A stretch of 64,000 nt of DNA from a virus, in IMG/VR virus record IMGVR_UViG_2706795428_000001, positions 46,838-110,837 of that record; one strand, given 5' to 3'. Position numbers and translations under genes: made by a program. Below the pieces are notes generated by a model, which was given only the letters and a program-made list of their open reading frames with translations, had not been told where the DNA came from and did not search any database. The number at the start of each line of letters is the position of its first letter. Position 1 is the stretch's first letter. Below, in pieces: positions 1-9,592 of the stretch.

Positions 1-461
1 TCTGAAATGTTATCAGTTGTTCCTGCAATTTTCAAATAGTTTGAATAGACTGGAAGTTCACATCCTCGAATGTTATCCATATGTTGATCGAGATATGGTC
101 TAATTTGTCCAAAGAAATTTGCATAGATTGGAGTAGGATTTCCGTAATACTTTGGATCATTCAGAGTATATTTTTCACACATCTCATGAAGAACAGTTCC
201 TCTTCGAGAAGATTGAGACGTGATTTTGTTTGCTTCTTCAATACCAATTCTTTCTCGCCATTCATCAAGAAAGCTTTTGTCGGCAGTTGCTCCTAGAACT
301 GTAGTAACAGACGGGAAACTTGTTTTACCATCTTCTGAAAGGTATCTTCGACCATCTGGTGAATCAACTCTTTCAAGATTCATTTTCTTGAAAAGTTTGT
401 GTTGAAATTGTTTTGGAGGACCTAGAGGATCTTTGATTGCGAATTTGTCTTTAAAACTCAT
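1..461 (-). CDS. PD-(D/E)xK (YqaJ/Cas4-like) phage exonuclease, runs off the window start
   Basis: Hand-translated from ATG at 461 (ATGA overlap with the upstream ORF): MSFKDKF...GRRYLSEDGKTSFPSVTTVLG...EWRERIG...RRGTVLHEMCEKY...IAGTTD; no stop inside the window, so absent from the ORF track. Confidence 0.8.
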   Translation of the reverse strand, partial: MSFKDKFAIKDPLGPPKQFQHKLFKKMNLERVDSPDGRRYLSEDGKTSFPSVTTVLGATADKSFLDEWRERIGIEEANKITSQSSRRGTVLHEMCEKYTLNDPKYYGNPTPIYANFFGQIRPYLDQHMDNIRGCELPVYSNYLKIAGTTDNIS

Positions 462-712
462 ATCATGAAATCCTGATCTTCGTCAAACCATTGAGCATAT
501 TCGCAGCAAGGTAATAGTCTTCCTTGTTCGTCTGTATACTGTGGCGTATTTGGATCTGGATCATCCAAATCAATCACATTACATGAACATCCGCGCTCAA
601 TATGATCTTCACAAAAGTAACGGTCTTTTTCTTGAATATGTTCAGATGCTGGAGCATACATCCACGAAGCAAGATTAGAACATTTAGAACAATTTGGCCT
701 ATTATTCGACAA
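458..712 (-). CDS. small Cys-rich hypothetical protein
   Basis: ORF with CxxC and CxC/CC motifs, coupled to its neighbours. Confidence 0.6.
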   Translation of the reverse strand: MSNNRPNCSKCSNLASWMYAPASEHIQEKDRYFCEDHIERGCSCNVIDLDDPDPNTPQYTDEQGRLLPCCEYAQWFDEDQDFMI

Positions 713-953
713 TTTCTTTTTCCCAAAGAATGTTGATTGTAAATCCTAGATTCTTACAGAAAATTCTTTCCCAATCATCTGAAATTCTTTTGATTTTCCA
801 ACCAAGAAATCCCATTCCGTTGAGATGATTTCTAAAATCATGCTCAGTAGAGTCACAATCTTTGTAATATTGTTCTGCAAAATACTCGTATCGTTTATCG
901 GTCAAAGTGACGTTCTCTTTCCATACGACGAAGACAATGTAATGGAGATTCAT
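702..953 (-). CDS. hypothetical protein
   Basis: ORF in the minus-strand operon. Confidence 0.5.
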   Translation of the reverse strand: MNLHYIVFVVWKENVTLTDKRYEYFAEQYYKDCDSTEHDFRNHLNGMGFLGWKIKRISDDWERIFCKNLGFTINILWEKEIVE

Positions 954-1695
954 CTTGTTTCATGATATATCCACAACCAATCGTTCCACCTTTCCAAGAT
1001 CCTTTACGTGAACCCATTTCTTGATCAAATTCAACATCGATATTGTCTTGACGACGAACACCAAAGAATTGAATCTTTCGAAGAAAATCGCTTACTGGTG
1101 ACTTATGAGTTCCGAACCATGTCCATTTGATTTCATGACGAGTGCGAGTTACTGTTGCTTTGGCAGTTTGCAGTTCTTTCAAGCCATGTGAATAGTAAGC
1201 ATAATCATGAACTTCGGTATATCGCGGAATTTGATTACTATCAAATGGGAGAATTGAATACCAATTACCATCTTCACCAAGATACTCATACTTGGTTGTA
1301 TGATCAGCCCATGGCATTGGAGTAATTTTTGTTTTACGATTCCAATGCCAATGAATTCCTCCGAGATCATTATCCCATCTCCAAGAAAATCCATAGGTTG
1401 GTGATTCTACATGATCATAGTAATCACGAGGCTTGAATTTCAGAAATGGAAGATAGATAAACCAATGACCATAGATTGCTTGAAAATGAAGCATTGCTCC
1501 ATCATGCTCGTCAGCATATCGAAATTTACTGAAATCGAAAGTCAATCCCCATCCAGAACTCCATTCGAAATACTTTGATCTAATAAGATCTTTCTCGACA
1601 GACCAAATTCCGAGAAATTTACGGAATGGTGTGACTTTTCGTCGATCTTGTTGTTTCCATGAAGGAGAATAGGCTGTGGTTGGAGTATATTGCAT
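895..1695 (-). CDS. hypothetical phage protein (Trp-rich)
   Basis: 266-aa ORF in the operon. Confidence 0.6.
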   Translation of the reverse strand: MQYTPTTAYSPSWKQQDRRKVTPFRKFLGIWSVEKDLIRSKYFEWSSGWGLTFDFSKFRYADEHDGAMLHFQAIYGHWFIYLPFLKFKPRDYYDHVESPTYGFSWRWDNDLGGIHWHWNRKTKITPMPWADHTTKYEYLGEDGNWYSILPFDSNQIPRYTEVHDYAYYSHGLKELQTAKATVTRTRHEIKWTWFGTHKSPVSDFLRKIQFFGVRRQDNIDVEFDQEMGSRKGSWKGGTIGCGYIMKQDESPLHCLRRMERERHFDR

Positions 1696-1725
1696 TATGG
1701 CATTACCTTGTAATGATAAAATTTG

Positions 1726-2691
1726 TTAACAACCACATACTTCTTTCCTGTAGATATCCAAAAGCATAGCTTCAATGAATTGATGATCTGGTTGTTCTGG
1801 AAGTGATGAAGCTTTACCTGCTTTTTCAACTTCGATTAAGAGATCATCGATCATAACACTGATCTCTTTGAAATCTCTTTTACCAAGCTTAATTTCTAAT
1901 AGTTCTTGAGCATAAAGTAAAGGAAATTGTAGTTTGTTGCCAGAGAAATATTCGATTGCTTGTCTACCAACTCTTACAGCATGACTCATTGCTTTCCAGT
2001 CAATATTTTCATTGTTCTCCGCTTGGAGAGCACGTTGACCATATTCATCAAAGAGTTTCTGATAGACATTGATTGCTTCTTTGACTTTTGTCCCGAAAGG
2101 AACTTTCCTCCCACAGCAAGAAATATGCCAAATGATATCACCATTAGCAAGAGGAATTTTTTCGATTTCAGTATGCTCAACAAACCCGAATGTTTCCCAC
2201 TCAAGTTCTTTGAGTTTTGCGTTTGATGAATATTTCTTTTCTTGTTCTTTGAACCAATTCAGAGTGTATCGAACCGCAGCAACTCGAGACCCTTTGATGC
2301 CATATTTGTTTGCCTGTTGTTTACAGTATCCAAGATAAGGAATAATATTCTTCGAAAGATATTTGTCTCTATGTTCTCTGATGTAATCCCATAAAGGATC
2401 TTTATAGAGAAGCATTTCATCAGGAGCATCAAGAACTTCAATTGCCATGGGTTGACCTTCAGCAAGAAGTTTGAAATAGTGATGAAGACTTAGACTTTCA
2501 TAATCAGTATCTTCAGCAGTATTCTTTTGTCGATTATCTTCTTTGGTTACATTTTTGATTGCTCGTGCAGTGCACCCAAGAAGAATTTCGTTTGCATCTG
2601 GAATATGAACAGCTTTGATATCTGTATCACTATTTGGCGTGGCCGTGCCATAAAGCTGACTGCCGAATTTTAGTTCAACAAGTTTTCTCAT
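1726..2691 (-). CDS. DNA polymerase beta-superfamily nucleotidyltransferase (RlaP/YcgL-like)
   Basis: N-terminal GSQLYGTATPNSDTD motif (GS...DxD). Confidence 0.8.
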   Translation of the reverse strand: MRKLVELKFGSQLYGTATPNSDTDIKAVHIPDANEILLGCTARAIKNVTKEDNRQKNTAEDTDYESLSLHHYFKLLAEGQPMAIEVLDAPDEMLLYKDPLWDYIREHRDKYLSKNIIPYLGYCKQQANKYGIKGSRVAAVRYTLNWFKEQEKKYSSNAKLKELEWETFGFVEHTEIEKIPLANGDIIWHISCCGRKVPFGTKVKEAINVYQKLFDEYGQRALQAENNENIDWKAMSHAVRVGRQAIEYFSGNKLQFPLLYAQELLEIKLGKRDFKEISVMIDDLLIEVEKAGKASSLPEQPDHQFIEAMLLDIYRKEVCGC

Positions 2692-3059
2692 GGAACGGCG
2701 CCATCAATTAGATCCATCAATTCTTCTGGATTCTTGTTATAGTATTCGAGTTCTTCTCGAACTCTTTGATCGACATAATCATTGAATTCTCGAATCACAT
2801 CTTCTGCATAGTAATTCGGTTTCGACATTTTTCCGCCAGTAACTTCGTTGTAAACTACTGGAACTTGTCTCAAAACAAAATGATAATCTTTCAGTTCATT
2901 TGCAATTTGCTCTTTGGTAAGAGGTTTATCATCATAAACACCTTCCCACCATTGAATATTTTCAAGTTGATCAATAGCAGATTTTAGAGCAACTTTCAGA
3001 GTAACATAATCGTAATTGAAAATGTTCTCGTGAATTTCTTTCAATTCTTCAATATCCAT
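2688..3059 (-). CDS. hypothetical protein
   Basis: Likely start MDIEELKE at 3059, coupled to the upstream gene. Confidence 0.55.
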   Translation of the reverse strand: MDIEELKEIHENIFNYDYVTLKVALKSAIDQLENIQWWEGVYDDKPLTKEQIANELKDYHFVLRQVPVVYNEVTGGKMSKPNYYAEDVIREFNDYVDQRVREELEYYNKNPEELMDLIDGAVP

Positions 3060-4068
3060 TTGAGCACAGTTCCTTGTAAGTGTTATAATCCTCAAGAAGT
3101 TCTTGATCGTGAACCAATCTAAAGATGCGATCGTAATTCCAGGTAGTATCTCTGAATACTCGACCATCAATACCATTTTCTGCTGAATTAAGACATTCTT
3201 GAATATCGATGCAGATATCATGGTCTTCTTTTGTAACTACTTCAAAACCATCTAATCCTGTTTCAGCAAGATCGTATCCATCACTCCAATCAAGACGATT
3301 TGCTTGAAGATAATGTGCAAGACGAAGGTATTTGTTAGATGAAAGAATTTTTTCAAAAATATCACGTTCATGAGTATCAAAAGGAAGTTTATACTTCACT
3401 TTCATTGTAGAGACAAACAATTCTTTTTTGTTTTGTTTCTCTGCATCGGCCTTTATTTTAGCCTCTTCTGCAATTCGCTTTCGTTCTTGTTCAACATAAG
3501 CAGTAATTGCTTTCTTTCGAGATTCAATATTCTTTACAATTGAATCATAAGAGAAATCTGTAGTCTTGATATTACGATTGATATCTTCGAGATATCCAGC
3601 ATTCTTTGATTGAACTTTTGGATTTCTTGCTCGAGAATTAGGATCTCTCCAAGAATAGGAAGCAGGAAATCCAATAGCAGTCATGAAAGCTTTCACATGT
3701 TGAATAACCTTTTGGTTATGTGAAATGATTTTAAGATTCTTTACGCGAACATCGGCCAGAGACTTAACATATTCATCAAGCTTGGTAATGAATTCATCGC
3801 GTTGTTTTTCAAGAGCTTCAACTGAACCATAGGTTCTTCCGTAATCATAATAGGAAACTGAACTACGACCACTAGGATATTTGAAAAGTTCTTCAATACG
3901 CCAATTTCCAAGACCATTCTGCATGTCTGGATAAGCAATCAAAGGCTTGTATGGCGAATTATCCGTTTCCGCTTTCAACCTCATTGAATTGTAAAGTTCT
4001 TCTACTTCGAAAAGATAATACTTGATCTTTTCTTCAGCTTTGAATTGATTATACGGATTCTTCGTCAT
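3049..4068 (-). CDS. hypothetical phage protein with coiled coil
   Basis: 339-aa ORF. Confidence 0.65.
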   Translation of the reverse strand: MTKNPYNQFKAEEKIKYYLFEVEELYNSMRLKAETDNSPYKPLIAYPDMQNGLGNWRIEELFKYPSGRSSVSYYDYGRTYGSVEALEKQRDEFITKLDEYVKSLADVRVKNLKIISHNQKVIQHVKAFMTAIGFPASYSWRDPNSRARNPKVQSKNAGYLEDINRNIKTTDFSYDSIVKNIESRKKAITAYVEQERKRIAEEAKIKADAEKQNKKELFVSTMKVKYKLPFDTHERDIFEKILSSNKYLRLAHYLQANRLDWSDGYDLAETGLDGFEVVTKEDHDICIDIQECLNSAENGIDGRVFRDTTWNYDRIFRLVHDQELLEDYNTYKELCSNGY

Positions 4069-4087
4069 TACAATTATTCCTTTGTTT

Positions 4088-4276
4088 TCAAATACCGATT
4101 CTTGATCGTTCTTCAGGACTCATTTTTTCGTAAACCTGAACATCAGTTGTTCCGAGTAAATATTTCACAAATTCATCATGAAGTAGTTCAGCAAGTTCAT
4201 AATCAGGAACATTACATTTTGCATCAATAGAATGATAATTTAAACTATGAGTCAAAGCTTCTTTAAAAACTGACAT
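4088..4276 (-). CDS. hypothetical protein
   Basis: Small ORF with SD (AAGGAA). Confidence 0.5.
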   Translation of the reverse strand: MSVFKEALTHSLNYHSIDAKCNVPDYELAELLHDEFVKYLLGTTDVQVYEKMSPEERSRIGI

Positions 4277-4280
4277 CGAT

Positions 4281-4700
4281 TTATTCCTTTGTTTTCAAAA
4301 CACTATTGATCTTATCATTAATCTTTTTGATTTCATTACGGTAGATCAACCAAATTACAGTAGGATCAACAGAAAGAGTTCCTGGAGATAATCCACGAGT
4401 CTTTTCGACTAGATCGTCGAGAGTGCTGCCGCAAATAATTTGAGATTTCAAAACGTTCGCGAAATGAGTGTATTTGCTCGGGAGAAATGCTTTACCACCA
4501 TTTTCCATCATGTTCTGAACAGTTCGTTTCGTTCGACCCGTTTGGCGTTTTGAATTTTCAAGGGCATCCAAAGTCAAATCAAGGTTTTTGAAAATTTGAT
4601 CATTGTAATCTTCTGCTTCAGAAGATTTACGTTCCCAAATGACTTTACCGCCCATAAGGATTTCATCTACACCTTCTGGAACAATATAAGAATTTTTCAT
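4281..4700 (-). CDS. hypothetical protein
   Basis: ORF, ATGA-coupled. Confidence 0.55.
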   Translation of the reverse strand: MKNSYIVPEGVDEILMGGKVIWERKSSEAEDYNDQIFKNLDLTLDALENSKRQTGRTKRTVQNMMENGGKAFLPSKYTHFANVLKSQIICGSTLDDLVEKTRGLSPGTLSVDPTVIWLIYRNEIKKINDKINSVLKTKE

Positions 4701-4954
4701 TTCGATACCTCATACAATTCTTCATTAACAATTTTCACAACTCTTCCAGAGTAATTTAATTTACCTTCTCTCGAAGAATATCCATCTGGAGCAAGGTAAA
4801 CATCTTTTCCGTCAATTCTTGAAACTGTTCGAACTTCGATGTAAGGAGCTCTTCCGCTCATTGCTGCTCGAAAGACTTTATCACCAGGAGCAAGTGTTCG
4901 TCGGAAAAGATCTTTACCATCATTGGCTTGATTTCGTTTCCAATCTCCACTCAT
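4697..4954 (-). CDS. hypothetical protein (SH3-like beta barrel possible)
   Basis: ORF, coupled to the kinase stop. Confidence 0.5.
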   Translation of the reverse strand: MSGDWKRNQANDGKDLFRRTLAPGDKVFRAAMSGRAPYIEVRTVSRIDGKDVYLAPDGYSSREGKLNYSGRVVKIVNEELYEVSK

Positions 4955-5496
4955 TTCAGTTTACTTCTCATAAGTTCGACAATTTTCTGAGTATCTTCTG
5001 ATGTCTCATGTTCAACTGTTTCAACATAATCCATCAAAACGAAATTTTTGCAAATGCCTGCAATTTTTGTTTCGCGACCATTGAGAAACTGTTCTGATTG
5101 ATCGTCATTACGTTTCTTATGACGAATTGAAATTGTTCTTGGGTCAGCTACTACATTCAGAATTGTAAAATCAGTATCATCAAGTTCAGCAATCCATTCG
5201 AACATGCTCTGATTTCCGATGCGATCTCCTTCAAAGAAGAAATTGACATCAGAAGCTTCTTCGATGAATTCTTTACAATGAGGTTGAGTGTTCAATCCAA
5301 GACGATCTGTCCCCGGGAACACTTCACCATCTTCATACTTGCCAATAATAACAGCATTCAACTTCTTGGAATAATGATGAGCAACATTCTTTCGAGGAAC
5401 AAGTTCCCAATCATCAGTAAGTTTCATGAACTCTTTAAAGATGGTTGATTTCCCGACAGCAGGAAGGCCGATCATTGCTACGATTGCTCTACTCAT
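4951..5496 (-). CDS. P-loop kinase of the type found in phage thymidine-hypermodification loci
   Basis: Walker A GLPAVGKST, GTDRL and FFEGDR motifs; likely start MSRAIV at 5496 (ATGA overlap). Confidence 0.75.
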   Translation of the reverse strand: MSRAIVAMIGLPAVGKSTIFKEFMKLTDDWELVPRKNVAHHYSKKLNAVIIGKYEDGEVFPGTDRLGLNTQPHCKEFIEEASDVNFFFEGDRIGNQSMFEWIAELDDTDFTILNVVADPRTISIRHKKRNDDQSEQFLNGRETKIAGICKNFVLMDYVETVEHETSEDTQKIVELMRSKLK

Positions 5497-5885
5497 AGTG
5501 CACCATATTGTGAACGTGTAGAAGGTCGAATATTTTTCAATTGAACAACAGTATGTTTCTGGGAAGTTGCAAGATTTACACCATCCCATTCAACAAGAGC
5601 CTTTTCTTCTCCTTGGAGAATGAATAGAATTTTGCCACGTTTTCCTGGAGTTGTCAGAGAATCGACGATATTATTGACTTTGAAATCATACTTGATTTCT
5701 TTTACTGGAATATTATTGTCGAAGAAAGCAACATCAGAAATACCTGCGAATTGAACGTAAGTTCGAGTTGGACCAGTAGAATACTTGCCACTTTTCTCAA
5801 TTCGAACAACTTTTGCTTCGACAACTACGATGTCACCTTCTTTTGCATCACCAACTGTGAGCTGTTTCAGACCTTGAATTGCCAT
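5493..5885 (-). CDS. hypothetical protein
   Basis: ORF in the operon. Confidence 0.55.
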   Translation of the reverse strand: MAIQGLKQLTVGDAKEGDIVVVEAKVVRIEKSGKYSTGPTRTYVQFAGISDVAFFDNNIPVKEIKYDFKVNNIVDSLTTPGKRGKILFILQGEEKALVEWDGVNLATSQKHTVVQLKNIRPSTRSQYGAL

Positions 5886-6070
5886 TACCGAATAGTCTCC
5901 AAAATTTGAAGTGTTTTTAGAATTTCTTTTTGTTCCTCTTGAAGATATTCAAGAGATAGAAGAGCATTCTCATATTGTCGTTTTAAGGTATCGATTGACA
6001 TCTTTGTATCAGTAATAACCTTTCGATTACATTCAAGTCGACCATGAAGAACTTTGGCTACTTTATCCAT
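5885..6070 (-). CDS. small coiled-coil hypothetical protein
   Basis: TAATG-coupled ORF. Confidence 0.5.
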   Translation of the reverse strand: MDKVAKVLHGRLECNRKVITDTKMSIDTLKRQYENALLSLEYLQEEQKEILKTLQILETIR

Positions 6071-6315
6071 TACCGAAATTTCTCCATAGCAGTTTCAAAT
6101 TCAACTCGTTGAGCACGAGCTTTCGCAACATCTTCAAGAAGTCCCGCAAGTTCTTTATTTTTCTTGACGAGTTCGTTGCGAAGTTCTACTTCAACTTCAT
6201 TGAGATTTCGAAGACAGTCTTCGAGGTATTGTTTAATTTTCTTTGGAAATACTCGATATTGACCAATTGTTGTAAGATTTTCTTGCATAATACTATCGTT
6301 CTCCTTGTCGAACAT
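6070..6315 (-). CDS. small coiled-coil hypothetical protein
   Basis: TAATG-coupled ORF. Confidence 0.5.
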   Translation of the reverse strand: MFDKENDSIMQENLTTIGQYRVFPKKIKQYLEDCLRNLNEVEVELRNELVKKNKELAGLLEDVAKARAQRVEFETAMEKFR

Positions 6316-6682
6316 TTTCTAATTCGATTTCATTTTTGTGATTGATTCGAATGACTTTGATTTCAGGAACCATCTTTTCGATGATCTCTTCCTGAATTGG
6401 ATCGTCTTCGAAGTGATACACTACGTCATATCCATTTCGAAGTAAATAGATAATTGTATTTGCCTTATGAATTCCTGAAGATTCTCGAGTCTTTTTGTGA
6501 AATGGAATAGGATTGAAAAATACTCGATTATGAATGCCTCTTTCATGAAGCATTTCAAGAGTTTCATCTGCTTCTTCGAAAGATCTTCCAGTGATGATGA
6601 AGTCATTTGGTCTTGGTGTGCATCCTGGTAGATCTTCTCCAAGGAAAATCACACCATCGATATCCCATGTTGCGATTTTCAT
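6293..6682 (-). CDS. capless HAD-superfamily phosphatase
   Basis: Motif I WDIDGV, motif II IITGR, motif III K, motif IV FEDD. Confidence 0.8.
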   Translation of the reverse strand: MKIATWDIDGVIFLGEDLPGCTPRPNDFIITGRSFEEADETLEMLHERGIHNRVFFNPIPFHKKTRESSGIHKANTIIYLLRNGYDVVYHFEDDPIQEEIIEKMVPEIKVIRINHKNEIELENVRQGER

Positions 6683-6799
6683 TCTGTATCTTCTTCCGAT
6701 TCAGGGTATTCTTCAATCATCTTTTCGACAATTTCACGAGGATACCAATCTCCTTTGAACCATCGGTAGTCCTCATATTCTTTTACTGGTTTGGACATT

Positions 6800-7267
6800 T
6801 TATGAACTCCAGCTGTATTCGTTTTCACCGTCTTTACTGATTCCTACATCTGGAGAAAGAAATGGAATTTTCTTGAAATTTGAAAAGACGTGTGAGAATT
6901 TTTCACCGAATGGAGTAAATCTAAACTGTTCTCCACCAGCAACCCATACATCTTCAAAAAGAACTACCCAAAGAGAATCATAAAAATTTTGCCACCAATT
7001 ATCATCTGGTTGTTCAGAAGGATCTTTACTCCATTCATAGTTATCGAAATAATCCGATTTGAAAACGATATATGCAGTCAACCCAGATTCGTTTTCAATG
7101 TAGACTCTTGTAACATTTTGGCTACAGAATCCCACGTTGAATTCATGATCAAATGTTAGAATATCATCAATTTCTGGATGATGCCAATGATGATGAATAT
7201 TATCGAACCAATAATCAATCAGTAATGGTTCGATATCGATGTTAATAAAACCTTCTGGAAATTTCAA
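6800..7267 (-). CDS. hypothetical protein (Trp/Asp/His-rich)
   Basis: ORF with SD GGAG upstream of a TTG start. Confidence 0.5.
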   Translation of the reverse strand: MKFPEGFINIDIEPLLIDYWFDNIHHHWHHPEIDDILTFDHEFNVGFCSQNVTRVYIENESGLTAYIVFKSDYFDNYEWSKDPSEQPDDNWWQNFYDSLWVVLFEDVWVAGGEQFRFTPFGEKFSHVFSNFKKIPFLSPDVGISKDGENEYSWSS

Positions 7268-7286
7268 AATTATCTCCTAATAGAGG

Positions 7287-7329
7287 GTTTCTGGTCTGTT
7301 TGCGGAAAATATGGAAACAGACCAGAAAC
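7287..7329. repeat. perfect 15-bp inverted repeat downstream of the INO1 gene
   Basis: GTTTCTGGTCTGTTT-N13-AAACAGACCAGAAAC; no U-tract on either side. Confidence 0.85.
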
Positions 7330-7370
7330 GATGCGATTCAAATCACAAAGAATTAAAGTTGTTACTAAAC

Positions 7371-8552
7371 TCAGAGAATGAATGTAGAAACAAATTTACC
7401 ATCTTCGCGTCGAACATAATCGTGAGGAATTTCACGTCGGGCTAGAATTTCACATTCTGTTCGAGCATCCTTTGTGAACATATCAACCGGAGGAGTTTTT
7501 TTCGTTGCAGCGCTGGGACCAACAATAGGACCAACAATACCAATTTCTTGAGCAACTTTCAAGAAACGGATAGCATCAATGGCGACCCCCGCAGAATTGG
7601 GACTATCAATACATGAAAGATCGGCAGTAAATTCAAAAGGCGCTCTACCAAAGATCGTCCCTTTGATAAGCCAATGAGCTCGTTTATTATCCTTTAGTGC
7701 TGGGAAATATTTTGCTGGACCTGCAGCAATTGTATTTGGTTTGGTTTCTTTACCAACCAAATCATTCTGTTTACGAATTACATTTTCTTTTGAAATTTTC
7801 TTCGAAGCTAGCCTATCAGGATTTTGCATTTGCTTGAAATCCATGTTGCCTCCAACATTATCCTGATAATGGACATCAATATCTGCTCCTCTTGCTAGGA
7901 AACATTCTTGTAGAACAGCAGAAATAATACTTGCTCCAATTGTTGAACGGACATCATCTCCAATAATAGTAACATTATTATCGGCAAATTTCTTTGCCCA
8001 TACCTTATCGGAAGCAATGAAACATGGAATACAGTTTACAACGTTTACATTTGCATTTAGACAAACATTCATCCAAAATTCTGTAGCATCTTGAGAGCCG
8101 ACAGGAAGATAGTTCATTAAAATATCGACTTGATTGTCTCGTAGATATTGAGCAAAATATTCAACATTCGCATCAACATCTTGTTCTACTGGAACAAACA
8201 TTTCTGAATCATTTACATCTGTCCCCCAAACTGGTGTATCTACACCATCAAGACGAGGACCTTGTTGAACAATAGGAAATTGTTTTTCAAGCTTAGAAAT
8301 ATTGTAAAGATCAATTGTATTATTCGGGAGTGAATGTAGAGCGACATTTAGAGGTTTACCAACTTTTCGTTGATCAACATCAAAGGCTGCAACAAATTCA
8401 ACGTTTTCAGGAGTATATCCTCCGATATTATCCATCATCAAATTCATTGTATCAAAATCAAATGCTCCTGCTTTAAATCCTTCGATACCTTGAACAAGAG
8501 CCGATGCACAATTTCCACACCCCACTAGAGCTACGCGAATTTTCTTAACCAT
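7371..8552 (-). CDS. ino1: L-myo-inositol-1-phosphate synthase (bacterial/archaeal type)
   Basis: Rossmann motif VGCGNCAS, FVAAFDVD..KVG, NYLPVGSQ.A, IIGDDVRSTIGA, GGNMDF, SKKISK, DSPNSAG. Confidence 0.9.
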   Translation of the reverse strand: MVKKIRVALVGCGNCASALVQGIEGFKAGAFDFDTMNLMMDNIGGYTPENVEFVAAFDVDQRKVGKPLNVALHSLPNNTIDLYNISKLEKQFPIVQQGPRLDGVDTPVWGTDVNDSEMFVPVEQDVDANVEYFAQYLRDNQVDILMNYLPVGSQDATEFWMNVCLNANVNVVNCIPCFIASDKVWAKKFADNNVTIIGDDVRSTIGASIISAVLQECFLARGADIDVHYQDNVGGNMDFKQMQNPDRLASKKISKENVIRKQNDLVGKETKPNTIAAGPAKYFPALKDNKRAHWLIKGTIFGRAPFEFTADLSCIDSPNSAGVAIDAIRFLKVAQEIGIVGPIVGPSAATKKTPPVDMFTKDARTECEILARREIPHDYVRREDGKFVSTFIL

Positions 8553-8645
8553 TACCTTAAAGTTCCTTTGTTATTTCAGTTGTTTCGGGAAACATTTCCC
8601 AGGCAGATTGATCCGGAATTGGAAGTAGCTGCCGAAAGAAGAAAA

Positions 8646-8674
8646 GAGTTTACCTCAAAGATTGAAGAAAGTAA
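8646..8674 (-). promoter_or_regulatory. early-type sigma70-like promoter for ino1
   Basis: Minus strand TTTACT-N17-TAAACT, followed by an ~85-nt leader with GGCAG/CTGCC and GGGAA/TTCCC stems. Confidence 0.6.
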
Positions 8675-8680
8675 ACTCTC

Positions 8681-9592
8681 CTAGAACAATTTAGAAAGAT
8701 CAGAAATCGGATCTTCAATATCTGGATGTTCCTGAAAATATTCTTTCCAAGAAACACGATCAAATGGTCGAATCTTTGAAATCGAAGTGATAGATTTCAA
8801 TTTGACTTCAGTCATTCCAGTATGCTTGACAAGTTTCGGTTCAGAGCAATACTTTCGAACGAGCTCGTCTTTTGCATAGACTTCTTCAGCAACATTCATC
8901 ATGAAAGCATTTCGATCATCTCCACCACGATCACCAGAAGATTGCATTCCTCCTGGATTCATTCCAGTGGAAGTTTTGAATCCTCCCCAATGATAGATAA
9001 CAATTCCTCCAGCTTTGTCGATGTAACGGCAAGTTCTCACAATGTCGTCCAAATGAGCAGTATAGATCTTGACAAAGTCAGGATCGTTTCTTGCACCCCA
9101 TGATCCACCAGGGAGATTGTATGGTCTGAATTCTTTCCAAGGTTTTCCTTGAAGATAGAAATCATTTTTGTAATAAGAGAATGAAAATGCTGTATTCAAT
9201 CCGAGTTCGTCAAGAGTCTTGAATCCGTCTTGAATGTATGCTTCAAGATTTGTAGATTTTGCGATGAAATTTGTTTTTGATGGAGTAGGATTGAACTCAA
9301 AAAATTCTTCAAGATCATCATCTAAAAAGAAAATTTTCTGATTGATTGGAAAGAAATCAGAAATGAAATGAACGATTTCTTTCCCGCCTTTTACTCCAAC
9401 AACAATCTCTTTATATGGATTGTCCCCCAGTGATTCTCGATATTCTTTCTTTTCTTCTTCATTCGCAACAAAGATGTAAAGCTTTTCAGAAAGATCGATA
9501 TGTTGTTTCGAGAGCATTGTGTAAGTTTTATCTCGAAACTGCATAGCTCGTTGATAAGATCTTACGGCAATAACATAATCATCAATATTCAT
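8681..9592 (-). CDS. TET/JBP-associated glycosyltransferase (TAGT/GREB1-like, GT-A fold)
   Basis: IAVRSYQRA N-terminus, FFLDDDL (DxD), C-terminal GGMQS..R; ATGA-coupled to the upstream aGPT-PPlase. Confidence 0.75.
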   Translation of the reverse strand: MNIDDYVIAVRSYQRAMQFRDKTYTMLSKQHIDLSEKLYIFVANEEEKKEYRESLGDNPYKEIVVGVKGGKEIVHFISDFFPINQKIFFLDDDLEEFFEFNPTPSKTNFIAKSTNLEAYIQDGFKTLDELGLNTAFSFSYYKNDFYLQGKPWKEFRPYNLPGGSWGARNDPDFVKIYTAHLDDIVRTCRYIDKAGGIVIYHWGGFKTSTGMNPGGMQSSGDRGGDDRNAFMMNVAEEVYAKDELVRKYCSEPKLVKHTGMTEVKLKSITSISKIRPFDRVSWKEYFQEHPDIEDPISDLSKLF

